Shown here: piece after piece, positions 38,740 through 49,402 of the stretch | Numbering within the stretch: position 1 is the stretch's first letter | Layout of the letters: the number at the start of each line of letters is the position of its first letter | Source: Methanobacteriota archaeon | GTDB taxonomy: Archaea; JAADCQ01; Methanopyri; Methanopyrales; Methanopyraceae | Assembly (NCBI GenBank): GCA_027064425.1 | Contig: JAMOPO010000003.1 | Span: forward strand, 1-64,000 | DNA length: 64,000 bases | Direction of reading: 5' to 3' | The notes under the pieces: generated by a model | Database searches by the model: none | Seen by the model: the letters and a program-made list of their open reading frames with translations, nothing else | What the model was told of the DNA's origin: nothing | Made by a program: the position numbers and the translations under genes

Positions 38740-39565
38740 CGCCCACGGACACCCGGTCTCCCAGCACGTCCACGTGCACCACGGTTCGAGGCTCGTCAAG
38801 GTCCACCTCGTGGCCGGCGGAGGTCAGCACGTCCCCCAGGAACACCTCGGCGTCTCGGGAGGACGAGAAGAGGCCGGCGCGCGCGATCCTGGCCCGGACG
38901 GCGAACGGGTCCTCCACCCTGGGTTCGATCTCCTCCAGCACCCGCTTGGAGAGCTCCTCCCGGTCGTCGAATCGATCGCTGAGTAGGAAGTGTCGGACGT
39001 TGAAGGTGGGTAGCTCGCGCTCGATCACCCTCGCCGCCCGCTCCGAGTCGCCGTCCGTGATCATGACCTCGACTCGACCCGCCAGGTTCTCCGGGGCCGG
39101 GGCGATCTCGGCCTTGATCCCCTTCCCGGTGAGCAAGCAGTACACCCGGGCGGCCACGTCCTCCTCCGTTAAGTACGGGTTGCCACCGAAGGTTACCAGG
39201 ACGTCGAGCCGCTCGACCGGGTCGTAGTGCAGAGGCCGGCTCGGGTTGACCTCCACCACCTCGATGCCCTTCCGGGCGAGGTAGTAGGGACCTAGACCGC
39301 GGCCCCGACCGATGTACACGACGCCGGCGACGCCGGCTTTCGCGAGCTCCCTGGCGCAGTACAGGCAGGGCCTGATGGTCACGAAGACCACGCCGTCGGA
39401 CACGTCGTGGTTCCGGATGAGCTTCTTCTCCGCGTGCTCGCCGTCCGCCTCCTCGTAGGCCTTGACCTCCCCGTCCTTGATCAGGGCGGCCGTGACCGTC
39501 CTCGTGGGGATCTCTCGCAGCACCTTCTCAACGTCGATGGTCTCTCCCGCTAACGTTATCTTCAC
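38726..39565 (-). CDS. cdat8: tRNA C8 cytidine deaminase (CDAT8; deaminase plus THUMP)
   Basis: HAE...PCLYC deaminase motifs fused to a C-terminal THUMP domain; all three tRNAs in the window carry C8. Confidence 0.9.
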   Translation of the reverse strand: MKITLAGETIDVEKVLREIPTRTVTAALIKDGEVKAYEEADGEHAEKKLIRNHDVSDGVVFVTIRPCLYCARELAKAGVAGVVYIGRGRGLGPYYLARKGIEVVEVNPSRPLHYDPVERLDVLVTFGGNPYLTEEDVAARVYCLLTGKGIKAEIAPAPENLAGRVEVMITDGDSERAARVIERELPTFNVRHFLLSDRFDDREELSKRVLEEIEPRVEDPFAVRARIARAGLFSSSRDAEVFLGDVLTSAGHEVDLDEPRTVVHVDVLGDRVSVGVEKR

Positions 39566-39593
39566 CGGGCCGCCTCCCCCGTCGGGGACTCCG

Positions 39594-39989
39594 ATGCCGA
39601 AAGAGGAGCTGGTCAAGGATCACATGACGCTTGGCGTCGCGCAGGTGCTGATGACCGACACCGTTCGGGAGGCGCTGCGAGAGATGATCGACCTGGGTGT
39701 CCACGGCGTCGCGGTGGTCTCGGACTCGGGTGAGCTGGTCGGCGTGCTCGAGGAGGAGGACCTGATGAAGCTGATCCTGGAGCACTGGGGCGAGTGGGAT
39801 CAGATCCTGGAGGTTCAAGTCGAGGAGGTCATGAACCCCGACCCGGCCGTCGTCGGTCCGGACGACCCGCTGGTTAAAGCGCTGGAGGTGATGCGAGAGC
39901 ACGAGACCACGCGGGCGTTCGTCATCAGCTGCGAGGGGCGTCCGGTGGGCGTCATCAGCCTCACGGACGTGCTGGCTGCGATCACTTGA
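39594..39989 (+). CDS. CBS-pair protein
   Basis: VKDHMT...GELVGVL...VEEVMN...[11 protein letters not shown]. Confidence 0.85.
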   Translation: MPKEELVKDHMTLGVAQVLMTDTVREALREMIDLGVHGVAVVSDSGELVGVLEEEDLMKLILEHWGEWDQILEVQVEEVMNPDPAVVGPDDPLVKALEVMREHETTRAFVISCEGRPVGVISLTDVLAAIT

Positions 39990-41280
39990 TGTGGATCTCC
40001 GGCAGCACCCTCCGGGCGGCCAGCTCCGCCACCTCCCGGTAGGACTGGACTGGTACCGGCCGCTCGGCCTCGGGCTTCGTGCGAGACTTGATGTTGGCAC
40101 ATTCCACCTCAAGCCGCTGAACCTCGTTGAGCTCCGCGCCCATATCCCTCGCGATGTCCTCGATCTCCTGAACCAGCTCCTGGGGCTCCTCGCCGTACAC
40201 CTCGATGACCTCCACTCCCGCGTCCTCCTCCACGCACTCGCGAACCCATCCCTCGCACTCCTCCTTGGTGACGAGCAGGATCAGGCTCTCCACGTCCAGC
40301 CGCTCGAGAGCCTCCAGCTGCGTCCAGAACAGGTAGTGCGAGCCGCTGTCATCCTTCCACAGCTTCCGCCTCGGGAGCTTCGCCCGGTACTTCAGGTACA
40401 GCAGGTGAGAGAAGTCGAACATCGGCAGGTCCAGCAGCGCGGACAGGTAGTACGAGTACAGGCTCCCGAGCACGTCGACGTGGGCCACGGCGATGTCGGA
40501 GCGCTCCCAGCCGCGCTGGGCGGTGATCCCGTCCAGTCCCCAGGCCATAACGCGCGGGAGGTACTTCCAGTTGACCCAGATCACGCTGACATCGCTCGGC
40601 ACCTCCTCTATCGTGTACACCTCGTCGGCGTCCAGGGGGACGTCGTTCAGCTGGGTGACCTTCCGCCCGACCCGGAGGTACGGCAGCACGATCGCCTCGG
40701 ACGACGTTCCCTCCCTGACCTCCGTTGGGTCCTCGGCGAGATTCCGCGCCGCGGTCACACTGGCGGTCTTGGCCAGCGCTAGGGAGACGAAAGCCCTCTT
40801 GAGCTCCGTCTTACCCAAAATGTACGAGATGCGAAGCGTCGAATACTCCAGCTCGAGCAGGGTGGCCGCGTCCACCTCGAAGATGGGGAGGACCGCGACC
40901 TCGGAGTGCCGGTTCTCGCTGGGAGAAACGGTGGGGGAGGACCGGGCGAGCCGCTCGCGGAACCGTCGCAGCGCCTCCATCAGCTTGCTTTCCAGCTCCT
41001 GATCCAGCTCCCAGTCCACGTGGATGCGGAGGATGGCGGGGCCCACGGCGCGCCTGGGTGAGATGCGAACGTTGGACGGGACGTCCAGGCGGACCTCAAT
41101 GTCTTCGGTCTCGGACGATACGAGGAGGACCTCGCCCTCCCAGATGACGCGGCAGCCCTTCGGGACTTCTATCTCCGCGGGAACGGGAGCCTCCAGCAGG
41201 CTAGATAGGCTGTTTACGAACTCGAGAACGTCTCCCTCCACCTTCTCCAACAGGCCCTGATCGACCTCTTCGGCAGCCAT
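39982..41280 (-). CDS. Hypothetical protein
   Basis: 432-aa ORF with typical acidic composition. Confidence 0.7.
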   Translation of the reverse strand: MAAEEVDQGLLEKVEGDVLEFVNSLSSLLEAPVPAEIEVPKGCRVIWEGEVLLVSSETEDIEVRLDVPSNVRISPRRAVGPAILRIHVDWELDQELESKLMEALRRFRERLARSSPTVSPSENRHSEVAVLPIFEVDAATLLELEYSTLRISYILGKTELKRAFVSLALAKTASVTAARNLAEDPTEVREGTSSEAIVLPYLRVGRKVTQLNDVPLDADEVYTIEEVPSDVSVIWVNWKYLPRVMAWGLDGITAQRGWERSDIAVAHVDVLGSLYSYYLSALLDLPMFDFSHLLYLKYRAKLPRRKLWKDDSGSHYLFWTQLEALERLDVESLILLVTKEECEGWVRECVEEDAGVEVIEVYGEEPQELVQEIEDIARDMGAELNEVQRLEVECANIKSRTKPEAERPVPVQSYREVAELAARRVLPEIHIK

Positions 41281-41300
41281 AAGGGCCCGCCCGGCCCTGC

Positions 41301-41882
41301 CTACCCCTTGATCAGTTTAACAACTTCCCCGACACGCCTTCCAGTGTTCCTGGCCGTCTCAATACCTTCCTCGTCCTGCTTGACGTCACCAGGCTCCAGC
41401 CCGACCCCCGCGCCCCCGAAGTGCGCCGTCGGATCAGCGTCGCCGACGACGATCATTGCGTGGATCATGAAGAAGTTCTGGATGTCCCGGAGCGTGTGTT
41501 CCTGACCACCGTTTCGGGCTCCACCGACGGCGATGGCCCCGCCCACCTTGTCCTTCAGCTCCCAGTTGATACGCAGCGGCCGGGTACGGTCCATCAGCGC
41601 CTTCAGCTGGGCGCTGACGCCGCCGTAGTAGACGGGGGACCCGATGATCATGCCGTCGCACTCGCGCATCAGCTCGTACACGTCCTGCATGTCGTCATTG
41701 ACGGCGCACTCACCGGTCTCCGTGCACTCGTCGCACGCCCGGCAGGGCGAGATGTCCAGGTCGCGCACGGAGAGGAACTCGGTCTCCTCACCAGACACCT
41801 CCTCGGCCGCCTCGAGCGCCACCTTGACCAGGTAGTCCGTGTTGCTCCCCTCACGCGGGCTGCCCGAGATGCCTAAAATCAC
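41301..41882 (-). CDS. Iron-sulfur flavoprotein (Isf family)
   Basis: [12 protein letters not shown]...C, GSPVYYG, RNGGQE. Confidence 0.9.
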   Translation of the reverse strand: MILGISGSPREGSNTDYLVKVALEAAEEVSGEETEFLSVRDLDISPCRACDECTETGECAVNDDMQDVYELMRECDGMIIGSPVYYGGVSAQLKALMDRTRPLRINWELKDKVGGAIAVGGARNGGQEHTLRDIQNFFMIHAMIVVGDADPTAHFGGAGVGLEPGDVKQDEEGIETARNTGRRVGEVVKLIKG

Positions 41883-41910
41883 CCTGATCCGCCCCCGCGG
41901 GGGGCTCGCG

Positions 41911-42756
41911 TTGAGGCGGGTTGTGGTCGTGTGGAACCCCGACGATCCGGCGTCTAAAAATATCGCGGAAAGCCTGCTGGCCGACGCTGAACGGACCGAC
42001 GTGGAAGAGGTTCACAGTTACACGATAGAGACCTGGGAGGTGGAGGGGGTACGGATCCACACTGTCCAGTCGCTGGGCGACTTGATCGAGGAGGACGAGT
42101 GTCGAGAGCTGGCCCGCAAGTTCGACGCGATCATCTTCGCCTCGCGGCACGAGAGCGAGTCCGGGAGGCCCTGCCTCACCGTGCACGTCCCGGGTAACCC
42201 GACCCCCGAGGCCAAGTTCGGCGGCAAGCCGCTGGAGGTCTGCACGGCCGACCCCGCCGGGATGAAGGCCGCGCTCCTCGAGCTCAAGCGCCTTCGGGAC
42301 AAGAAGGGTCTCGACTACGACGTGTGCTACGAGGCGACGCACCACGGGCCCGTGGACCCGGGCATCCCCTGCTTCTTCATCGAGATCGGGTCCGATGAGG
42401 AGCGGTGGACGGACCCGGACGCGGGCGAGATCTGCGCCCGAGCCATCCTCGCCGCGGTGGATCCACCGGACGTAACCCCAGTCATCGGATACGGGGGCGG
42501 CCACTACGCCCCCGCGCACACGGACGTGGCCCTGTCCGACGAGCGGATCGCCTACGGACACATCGTACCCGAGTACGCGGTCGACGGCGAGTACCTCCGC
42601 GACCAGTTCCGCGAGGTCCGCCGCAAGACCCCCAAGGCGAAGCGGGTCATCGTCGACCCCCGCGGCCTGGAGGGACGGTACCTCGAGATGATCGAGGACC
42701 TGGCACGGGACGAGGGGCTTCGCGTTCAGACGGTGGAGGAGGTGAAGCGTGGTTGA
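41911..42756 (+). CDS. dtdA: Archaeal D-aminoacyl-tRNA deacylase (DTD2)
   Basis: [31 protein letters not shown]. Confidence 0.92.
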   Translation: MRRVVVVWNPDDPASKNIAESLLADAERTDVEEVHSYTIETWEVEGVRIHTVQSLGDLIEEDECRELARKFDAIIFASRHESESGRPCLTVHVPGNPTPEAKFGGKPLEVCTADPAGMKAALLELKRLRDKKGLDYDVCYEATHHGPVDPGIPCFFIEIGSDEERWTDPDAGEICARAILAAVDPPDVTPVIGYGGGHYAPAHTDVALSDERIAYGHIVPEYAVDGEYLRDQFREVRRKTPKAKRVIVDPRGLEGRYLEMIEDLARDEGLRVQTVEEVKRG

Positions 42757-43265
42757 CCGAACGGGTCCGGCGCGGGCATCGGTTGCGGGGTCGCCGGGGC
42801 CCGCTGCGGCGCATCGGGGCCATCGTCCGCGTGGCCAGCTACTCCCTAATCTTCACCGTGAGGGGGGCGAAGCCCGCGCCCCGGTTCGTTCTCCTGGACG
42901 GCGTTCGGTGCCCGAAGCTGTACGAAAGTCGGGAGCTGGACGTCGCGGTCTACGTCCTGGAGTTCCCCGAAATAGCCGAGCATGACGAGGTGAAGGAGCC
43001 CGAGCTGGGACGCGGTCGGCTGGAGGTGGATGAGCCCCGTGAGTGCCGGATCGAGTCCGTCGATCGGAACTACATCCGGGCCACCATCCCCTCGTACGTG
43101 CCCCGGCCCGGGGACGCGGGAGCGCCCATAACCCAGGACGGGTACGTGGTCGGCATGCTGGCCTCCTACTGGACCAACGACATGCTCGGGATGGGGCCCC
43201 GCATGGACGTAGCCCTCGAGCGCGTGGCGGATCACCTTCGCCGGACCCGGAGCTCAACCGCGTAG
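42753..43265 (+). CDS. Trypsin-like fold protein, probably catalytically inactive
   Basis: PGDAGAPI...GYVVGML, a GDSG motif with Ser replaced by Ala. Confidence 0.55.
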   Translation: MTERVRRGHRLRGRRGPLRRIGAIVRVASYSLIFTVRGAKPAPRFVLLDGVRCPKLYESRELDVAVYVLEFPEIAEHDEVKEPELGRGRLEVDEPRECRIESVDRNYIRATIPSYVPRPGDAGAPITQDGYVVGMLASYWTNDMLGMGPRMDVALERVADHLRRTRSSTA

Positions 43266-44005
43266 TGGTCCATGCCCGGTGAGTAGCTTTTCACTCGACG
43301 CACGTCCAGCACCTCCCCCTCGTAACCCTCCGGCAGGCTCTTCAGTACCCGGCGCGCGACCCTCTCCTCGGACCAGCGCTTAGGGAACGCCTCGTGAACG
43401 ACCAGCCTTCCACCGTCCCTCACCGCGCCGCACGCGTACGGTAAGAAGTCCAGCGTCCCGTGCAGGTAGCCCATTATCACCACGTCCGCACCGTCCACGA
43501 ACCGGGCGACCTCGCGGCAGTCCCCTAGGAAGGCGCGCACCCTGCCCTCCACCCGGTTCAGCTCCAGGTTCTCCAGCAGGTAGCGGTACGCGATCGGGTT
43601 GAGCTCGGCCGCGATCACCCGGGCCCCAGCCAGCGCCGCCGGGAGCGTGAAGTAGCCGATCCCCGCGAACATGTCGAAGACGAGCCGGGACGAGAGGTCC
43701 GACTCCAGCAGCCGCCGTCGCTCCTCGAAGTTTCCCCGCGCGAACATGACCCGGGTCGGGTCGAGCTTGAACTTGATCCCCAGCTCCCGGTGCACCGTCT
43801 CGGCGTCCTCGTCGCCCGCCACGACCTCCCCGACCGGCTCCCTGAAGGTTCCCCTCACCCGGCGGAGCGCGACCACCGACCGGGCTCCCGTCGCCTCCCG
43901 GAGCGCCTCCCCGATCTCCCTCCGGTACCTCCAGCACTCCTCCTCGTACAGCCTGATGACGACGACGTCGCCCAGCTGCTGCCATCGCCTCGGGACCTTC
44001 TCCAC
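43232..44005 (-). CDS. Trm5/Taw2 (Met-10-like) SAM-dependent tRNA-modifying enzyme
   Basis: LGDV, HRELG, DMFAGIGYF, ELNP, VIMGY, VKSYSPG. Confidence 0.85.
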   Translation of the reverse strand: MEKVPRRWQQLGDVVVIRLYEEECWRYRREIGEALREATGARSVVALRRVRGTFREPVGEVVAGDEDAETVHRELGIKFKLDPTRVMFARGNFEERRRLLESDLSSRLVFDMFAGIGYFTLPAALAGARVIAAELNPIAYRYLLENLELNRVEGRVRAFLGDCREVARFVDGADVVIMGYLHGTLDFLPYACGAVRDGGRLVVHEAFPKRWSEERVARRVLKSLPEGYEGEVLDVRRVKSYSPGMDHYAVELRVRRR

Positions 44006-44062
44006 AACCTCCTCCGGCAGCCGCTCCCGCAGCGCCCGCTCGAACTCCTCCCGGGACAGCGA

Positions 44063-44830
44063 CTATCCCCCCGACAGCCGGGCGGCTAACCTCAGCGCCC
44101 GGGCGTACCCGGCGGGCCGCTGCGCCCGAGAAGTGTCCACGAACACGATCCCCTCGGACAGCGCCGAGAGCACCGGCGCACCGTGGCTCTTGAGCCCCGC
44201 CACGAGTGACAGCGTTCGGAAGGCGAGGTTGCCCAGCACCCCGTTCACGAACAGGAGCACGTCCCTGTCCAGCGCCTCCTCCACCAGCACCCCCACGTGC
44301 TCCGCCCGCATCCCCCTCTCCCGCAGGAGCCGGGCCGTGAGCTCGCCCACGGCCAGCCACTCATCGACCGTCGGGTGACGCCCCACGTCCTCCAACCGGC
44401 CCGAGGACACGACCGCGACCTCAGGCTCCTCCACCCCGAGGCGCCGGCAAAAGTCAGCCGCGAGCTCTCCCAGCCTGACCAGCTCCTCGACCTCCCAGCC
44501 CTCGTCGATCCCCACCGGGGTCAGCAGGACGAGCCCCTCCTCCATCTCCAGTACCGTCGACCGGCCGGTGAGCTCGAGCCCCAGCTCGTCGACGAGCTTC
44601 TTGACGCACGCCGCCGACACCGCGCCCCGAACGGCCGCGTCCAGCTCCCCCGAGACCAGGTCTGAGACCAGCCGAGTCCCGGGATCCTCGCAGAGGACCG
44701 TCTCCGCGCTCACCTCAAGCTCCGAGTCGGTGTAGACCACGACGTCAACGTCCGCCCGTTCGACCGCCCGCACGACCCGCTCCAAACCACCTTTAACCCG
44801 GCGCGACGCGGCGATCCCCACCCGGGGCAA
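44063..44830 (-). CDS. mtxX: Methanogenesis marker protein MtxX/Mmp4
   Basis: DAAVRG, PVGIDEG, SSGRLEDVGR, GNLAFR, DTSR. Confidence 0.85.
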   Translation of the reverse strand: MPRVGIAASRRVKGGLERVVRAVERADVDVVVYTDSELEVSAETVLCEDPGTRLVSDLVSGELDAAVRGAVSAACVKKLVDELGLELTGRSTVLEMEEGLVLLTPVGIDEGWEVEELVRLGELAADFCRRLGVEEPEVAVVSSGRLEDVGRHPTVDEWLAVGELTARLLRERGMRAEHVGVLVEEALDRDVLLFVNGVLGNLAFRTLSLVAGLKSHGAPVLSALSEGIVFVDTSRAQRPAGYARALRLAARLSGG

Positions 44831-44840
44831 CCGCGCGCCC

Positions 44841-44900
44841 CCTGGTGATGACAGATGGCCCTAGCTGACCGGGATGATGTGGCTCGGGCAAGCTGACTAC
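44841..44900 (+). ncRNA. C/D box guide sRNA candidate
   Basis: C GTGATGA 44845-44851, D' CTGA 44865-44868, C' ATGATGT 44874-44880, D CTGA 44893-44896; fills the intergenic gap. Confidence 0.88.
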
Positions 44901-45403
44901 AGACGCTCCCACCTGCGATCGAAGGCGTCCCACTGGTAATGGGCCCTCTCCCTCACCGCCCGCTTGATCACCGGCTCGACCCGCTCCCCCGACTCCGCGG
45001 CGGCGAGCGCCCCGTGCACGCTCCACCCGTCCCCCAGCAGCGAGCCGTCCGGCACGGGCGCCGCCCGGTAGCCGGAGGCCCACTCCCAGAGCCTCCTCAG
45101 CGGGCTGGCCCGGGGTGGGTCGGACGAGATCACCGCGGGGACCTCGCCCGAACAGGCCCGGGAGATCCCCAGGTCGACCGCCCTCACCACGATCTCCGGA
45201 TCAACTTCCACCAGCGAGACCGACGCGAGCAGCCTCCTCCGGTACACCATGACCGCATGAGGTCGGAGGTCGATGGTCACCAATTTATGCTCCATGAACC
45301 GGTCGAGGAGCCGAGCCGCGATCCTCCTGGCTTCGCTCGGAGGATCCCCCATCACGGAGTCCTCCCAAGGCCCCGCCCTCCTCCGAAGGAGGATGCGAAA
45401 CAC
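44897..45403 (-). CDS. Hypothetical protein
   Basis: Only plausible ORF in the interval; start uncertain. Confidence 0.55.
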   Translation of the reverse strand: MFRILLRRRAGPWEDSVMGDPPSEARRIAARLLDRFMEHKLVTIDLRPHAVMVYRRRLLASVSLVEVDPEIVVRAVDLGISRACSGEVPAVISSDPPRASPLRRLWEWASGYRAAPVPDGSLLGDGWSVHGALAAAESGERVEPVIKRAVRERAHYQWDAFDRRWERL

Positions 45404-45432
45404 CGGGGGGCCACCCCGAGGGGGCTGGGGAG

Positions 45433-46614
45433 TTGTCCCGAGTGGTCCTGGCGTACTCAGGGGGACTGGACACGTCCGTATGTATCGAGCTGCTTCGGGA
45501 GGAGTACGGTTACGATGAGGTGATCACGGTGACCGGCTACGTGGGCCAGCCCGAGGAGGAGGTGAAGGAGGCCGAGCGCAAGGCCCGGAAGCTGGCGGAC
45601 GAGCACTACACGGTCGACTGCCTCGAAGAGTTCGTGACCGAGTACTGCTGGCGGGCCGTCAAGGCCAACGCGGAGTACGAGGGATACCCGCTGAGCACCG
45701 CCCTCGCCCGCCCGCTCCTGGCCAAGAAGGTCCTCGAGGTGGCGCGGGAGGTGGACGCGGACGCGATCGCGCACGGGTGCACGGGCAAGGGCAACGACCA
45801 GTACCGGTTCGAGGCGTACCTCCGGGCCCACGCGGGGGACGAGTTCGAGATCGTCGCGCCGGTCCGCGACCTCAACCTGACCCGCGAGGAGGAGATCGAG
45901 TACGCCAAGGAGCGCGGGATCCCGGTTCCAGTGGACGCCGACAGCCCGTACAGCATCGACGAGAACATCTGGGGTCGGTCCATCGAGGGCGGCGAGCTTG
46001 AGGACCCGACGCGGGAGCCGCCCGAGGAGGTCTTCGAGTGGACGTGCAGCCCGGAGGAGGCGCCCGACGAGCCGAAGGTCGTGGAGATCGAGTTCGAGGA
46101 GGGCGTCCCGGTCTCCGCGGACGGTCGGAGCGACCCGGTGAAGATCGTCCGGTACCTGAACAAGGTGGCCGGCGAGCACGGGGTGGGCCGGATCGACCTC
46201 ATCGAGGACCGGGTGGTTGGACTAAAGTCCCGGGAGGTGTACGAGGCGCCCGCCGCCGTGACGCTCCTGGAGGCTCACCGGGCGCTCGAAGCCCTGACGC
46301 TGACCCGCCGTGAACTCTCGCTGAAGTCCGAGCTGGAGGGCCTGTGGTCGGAGCTCGTGTACCAGGGCCTCTGGTTCGACCCGCTGCGGGAGCACGTGGA
46401 GGCGTTCATCGATTCCACCCAGCGCTGCGTGACGGGCACGGTTCGGGTCAAGCTGCATAAGGGTCGAGCGCAGGTCGTTTCGCGGGAGTCGCCGCACTCC
46501 CTGTACGACGAGCGCCTGATCTCGTACGAGGAGAAGGAGTTCGACCAGCGCGTCGCGGAGGGCTCCGTGCGTCTTCACGGCCTGCAGGAGCGGCTAGCCC
46601 TAAGGCGGAGGTGA
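45433..46614 (+). CDS. argG: Argininosuccinate synthase
   Basis: LAYSGGLDTS, HGCTGKGNDQ, YSIDENIWG, KSREVYEAP. Confidence 0.97.
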   Translation: MSRVVLAYSGGLDTSVCIELLREEYGYDEVITVTGYVGQPEEEVKEAERKARKLADEHYTVDCLEEFVTEYCWRAVKANAEYEGYPLSTALARPLLAKKVLEVAREVDADAIAHGCTGKGNDQYRFEAYLRAHAGDEFEIVAPVRDLNLTREEEIEYAKERGIPVPVDADSPYSIDENIWGRSIEGGELEDPTREPPEEVFEWTCSPEEAPDEPKVVEIEFEEGVPVSADGRSDPVKIVRYLNKVAGEHGVGRIDLIEDRVVGLKSREVYEAPAAVTLLEAHRALEALTLTRRELSLKSELEGLWSELVYQGLWFDPLREHVEAFIDSTQRCVTGTVRVKLHKGRAQVVSRESPHSLYDERLISYEEKEFDQRVAEGSVRLHGLQERLALRRR

Positions 46615-46680
46615 CCGGAGAGCGTAGACGCGTAGAAAAGTTATAGCGAGGAGCCGGTCGACCTCGCCGGGGGCGGCCCG

Positions 46681-48249
46681 TTGCTCCCCGTCCTCGCACT
46701 TTTAATGGTAACCGCGCCGGCACCGGCGACTGCGGACGTGGTACTCCACGTTGTTCCCTACACGGACAGTAATGCCTGGTCAAAGGAACACGTGGCCAAG
46801 CTCGCGGAGTTCCTAACCTGGTGCCGGGAGCACAACGTCAAGCTGGCGGCGTTCTACTTCCCCGTCAGCGAGCAGAGCGCGGCCGGGGTCAGCGACGTGC
46901 TGAAACGGTTCGTGGACGACGGGACGATCACGGTCATCGGACCGCAGACGGTCTCCCACGCGCTGGGCGGGCTGCCCTACTCCATCCAGTACTGGGAGAT
47001 CGACCGCAGCCTGAAGTACACGCAAAACCGGTTCGGCACCGCGGACCGCGTCCTGCACGTGCCGTACTGGGTCCTTGACGAGAACACCCTGCGCGCGTGC
47101 CTGAAGTGCGGCGTTCACATCCTTGTCAGCGGTACTGGGCCCGACGTGGACGCCGACTTCTGCAGGGAGAAGTATCCGGGGTTGCTCCAAGTGAACCCGG
47201 CCGGTCGCCACATGCTTGTCGGAGTCTGGCGCACGGGTAACTCCATCGTCTACAACCTGCCGGCCATGTCGTTCGTGCGCGACTTCGGCGGAAGGGCCGA
47301 TAAGGCTCTCTCGGAAATCAAGGAGGGCCTCCGAGGGCTCATCCAGCACGGGATCGTCAAGGACGGGGACAAGCTGGTCCTATGGCTCCTGCTGGAACCG
47401 TGGCAAATGGACGGCGCAACCCTGCGGGAGTTTGAGGCCCTTATCGAGCGGATCAGCGAGGGGATCACGCTGACCGTCAACGGCGTGACCGCACGGATCG
47501 TGCTCGGCGACCCGCGGCGGGTAATCGAGAACCTCGAGTCCTTCAAGACCGTCGAGCTGCCCTCCCCCGACTACATCAAGATCCTGAAGTACGAGGGCTA
47601 CACGCCCGTGGACGAGCTGCAGGTGGACCCGGAGATCAAGCTCCTTTACAGCACGTACATCGACATCCTGCGGAGCATCGACCGGAAGCTGCTGGCGATC
47701 ATCGAGAGCGGGCGCATGGACGGTGAGCTCGAGCGCGCCCTCGACGAGGTGGCCCAGCTCGCGTGGAACGACGCCGCGCTCTGTGCCGCCGTGGAGCAGT
47801 GGGAGGATGAGGAGCTGGTGAAGGCGCACCTGAAGCGGCTGCTAGCCAAGACGCAGGAGCTGGCCTACCTGGTCAACGCGAAGTACAACGAGCTGCGGAG
47901 GGAGCGGAGTCGGTCGGTGCGAGAGCACGCCACCCGGACGCAGGAGGGCCAGGCGCGGCAGCCCACCCAGCCACCGCAGGCGTCGACACCGTCCCAAGCC
48001 AAGCCGGGACGATCGCAGCCTTCGACCGAGTCTCAGGCCCAGCGGCAGCCGCAGCGATCCACCGGGGAATCAGGTCGGCAGGGTGGTAAGAAGCGGGTCG
48101 AAAGGGGCGGCGAAGTCACCGGGCAGCGGTCCGGTCAGACGGTGAGTACGGTGAGTCGGCCGCAGCGGAGGGTGCGCAGGCTCCCGGTGGCCGCGGTGAC
48201 GCTCCCGGTGGCGCTCGCGCTCATCCGTCTCCTCAGGCGCGCCGCCTGA
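46681..48249 (+). CDS. Exported polysaccharide-deacetylase-like protein with a Q/P/S linker and C-terminal anchor
   Basis: Signal peptide, NodB-like pattern (TVSH...L, PYW), low-complexity linker, tail LPVAAVTLPVALALIRLLRRAA. Confidence 0.6.
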   Translation: MLPVLALLMVTAPAPATADVVLHVVPYTDSNAWSKEHVAKLAEFLTWCREHNVKLAAFYFPVSEQSAAGVSDVLKRFVDDGTITVIGPQTVSHALGGLPYSIQYWEIDRSLKYTQNRFGTADRVLHVPYWVLDENTLRACLKCGVHILVSGTGPDVDADFCREKYPGLLQVNPAGRHMLVGVWRTGNSIVYNLPAMSFVRDFGGRADKALSEIKEGLRGLIQHGIVKDGDKLVLWLLLEPWQMDGATLREFEALIERISEGITLTVNGVTARIVLGDPRRVIENLESFKTVELPSPDYIKILKYEGYTPVDELQVDPEIKLLYSTYIDILRSIDRKLLAIIESGRMDGELERALDEVAQLAWNDAALCAAVEQWEDEELVKAHLKRLLAKTQELAYLVNAKYNELRRERSRSVREHATRTQEGQARQPTQPPQASTPSQAKPGRSQPSTESQAQRQPQRSTGESGRQGGKKRVERGGEVTGQRSGQTVSTVSRPQRRVRRLPVAAVTLPVALALIRLLRRAA

Positions 48250-49327
48250 GACTCTCCCAGTACTCCGAGAGCTGCCGTGCCACCTCCTTGACCCTCTTGG
48301 GACCCTCCGGGTTCTCGTCCGGGACGCCCGCCGGCTCCTTCAGGTCCGTCGGCAGCCCCGCCAGCCCGCAGATGACGGCCATGTTGGTGTACGGGAGCCC
48401 GTCCTCCACGGAGTAGCCCCCCTCCAGCACCGCCACGGGGCCCAGGGCGTCCACGTCCTCGGCCAGCTCCACGGCCCTCCGCATCATCCACTCGTAACCC
48501 CGGGCGGTCACCGCCAGGTTCGTGATCGGGTCGGTGAAGTGGCAGTCCTGGCCCGCGGAGATCAGGATCAGATCCGGATCGTACTCGCGCACGACCGGGT
48601 CGATGATCTCCCTGAAGGCCCGCCGGTACGTCTCGTCCCCCGACCCCGGCGGGACGGGGATGTTCACGGTGTAGCCTTCCCCGTCCCCCTCGCCCACCTC
48701 GTGGGGGAACCCGGTGCCGGGGTACAGCGTCCTCCCGTCCTGGTGGATCGAGACGTAGAGCACGTCGTCCCGGTCGTAGAAGATCTCCTGCGTCCCGTCG
48801 CCGTGGTGCGCGTCCCAGTCCAAGATCGCGACCCGCTCCACGTCGAGCTCCTGGATCGCGTACTCGGTGGCGATTGCGGCGTTGTTGAAGTAGCAGAACC
48901 CGGCGGCCTTGGCGCGACCCGCGTGGTGCCCGGGCGGCCTAACCATGGCGAAGGCCACGTCGTACTCGCCCTTCACCACCAGCTCCACGGCCAGGATGGA
49001 CCCGCCCGCCGCCAGCAGGGCCTGCTCGTAGGTGCGCTCGGTGACGGCCGTGTCGGCGTCTATGACCCCACCACCCTGCTCGCTCATCCGCCGAATCAGC
49101 TCCACGTGATCGGGGTCGTGGACCAGCTCAATGTCCTCCCGATCGGCCGGCTCCGGCTCGACCAAGTCCACCCCCTCGACCTCGAGCACCCCTTCCTCGC
49201 GCAGCCTGTCCAGGGTGTAAGACAGGCGCTCCCGCCGCTCCGGGTGCGTGGGGTGCTGCTCGTGCTCCAGGTACTCGTCGTCGTAGATCAGCGCCAGCCG
49301 CCGCTCCGCCCTCCACAAGCTCATCAC
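48233..49327 (-). CDS. Histone deacetylase family amidohydrolase
   Basis: HPE, RPPGHHA, GFCYFNN, DWDAHHGDGTQ, LEGGY. Confidence 0.93.
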   Translation of the reverse strand: MMSLWRAERRLALIYDDEYLEHEQHPTHPERRERLSYTLDRLREEGVLEVEGVDLVEPEPADREDIELVHDPDHVELIRRMSEQGGGVIDADTAVTERTYEQALLAAGGSILAVELVVKGEYDVAFAMVRPPGHHAGRAKAAGFCYFNNAAIATEYAIQELDVERVAILDWDAHHGDGTQEIFYDRDDVLYVSIHQDGRTLYPGTGFPHEVGEGDGEGYTVNIPVPPGSGDETYRRAFREIIDPVVREYDPDLILISAGQDCHFTDPITNLAVTARGYEWMMRRAVELAEDVDALGPVAVLEGGYSVEDGLPYTNMAVICGLAGLPTDLKEPAGVPDENPEGPKRVKEVARQLSEYWESLRRRA

Positions 49328-49395
49328 CCCCCCGGATGACGAGAGGGCGGGGGTGACCGGGCCCGGGATGATCGAGGAGACCGCTGCCGAGGGGG
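49328..49395 (+). ncRNA. C/D box guide sRNA candidate
   Basis: C ATGACGA 49336-49342, D' GTGA 49353-49356, C'-like ATGATCG 49368-49374, D CCGA 49387-49390, CCCC/GGGG stem. Confidence 0.6.
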
Positions 49396-49402
49396 CGGAC
49401 CC

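Noticed and set aside
47930-48170. Gln/Pro/Ser-rich quasi-repeat
   Set aside because: An ordinary low-complexity linker ahead of a membrane anchor, with no DNA-level tandem repeat
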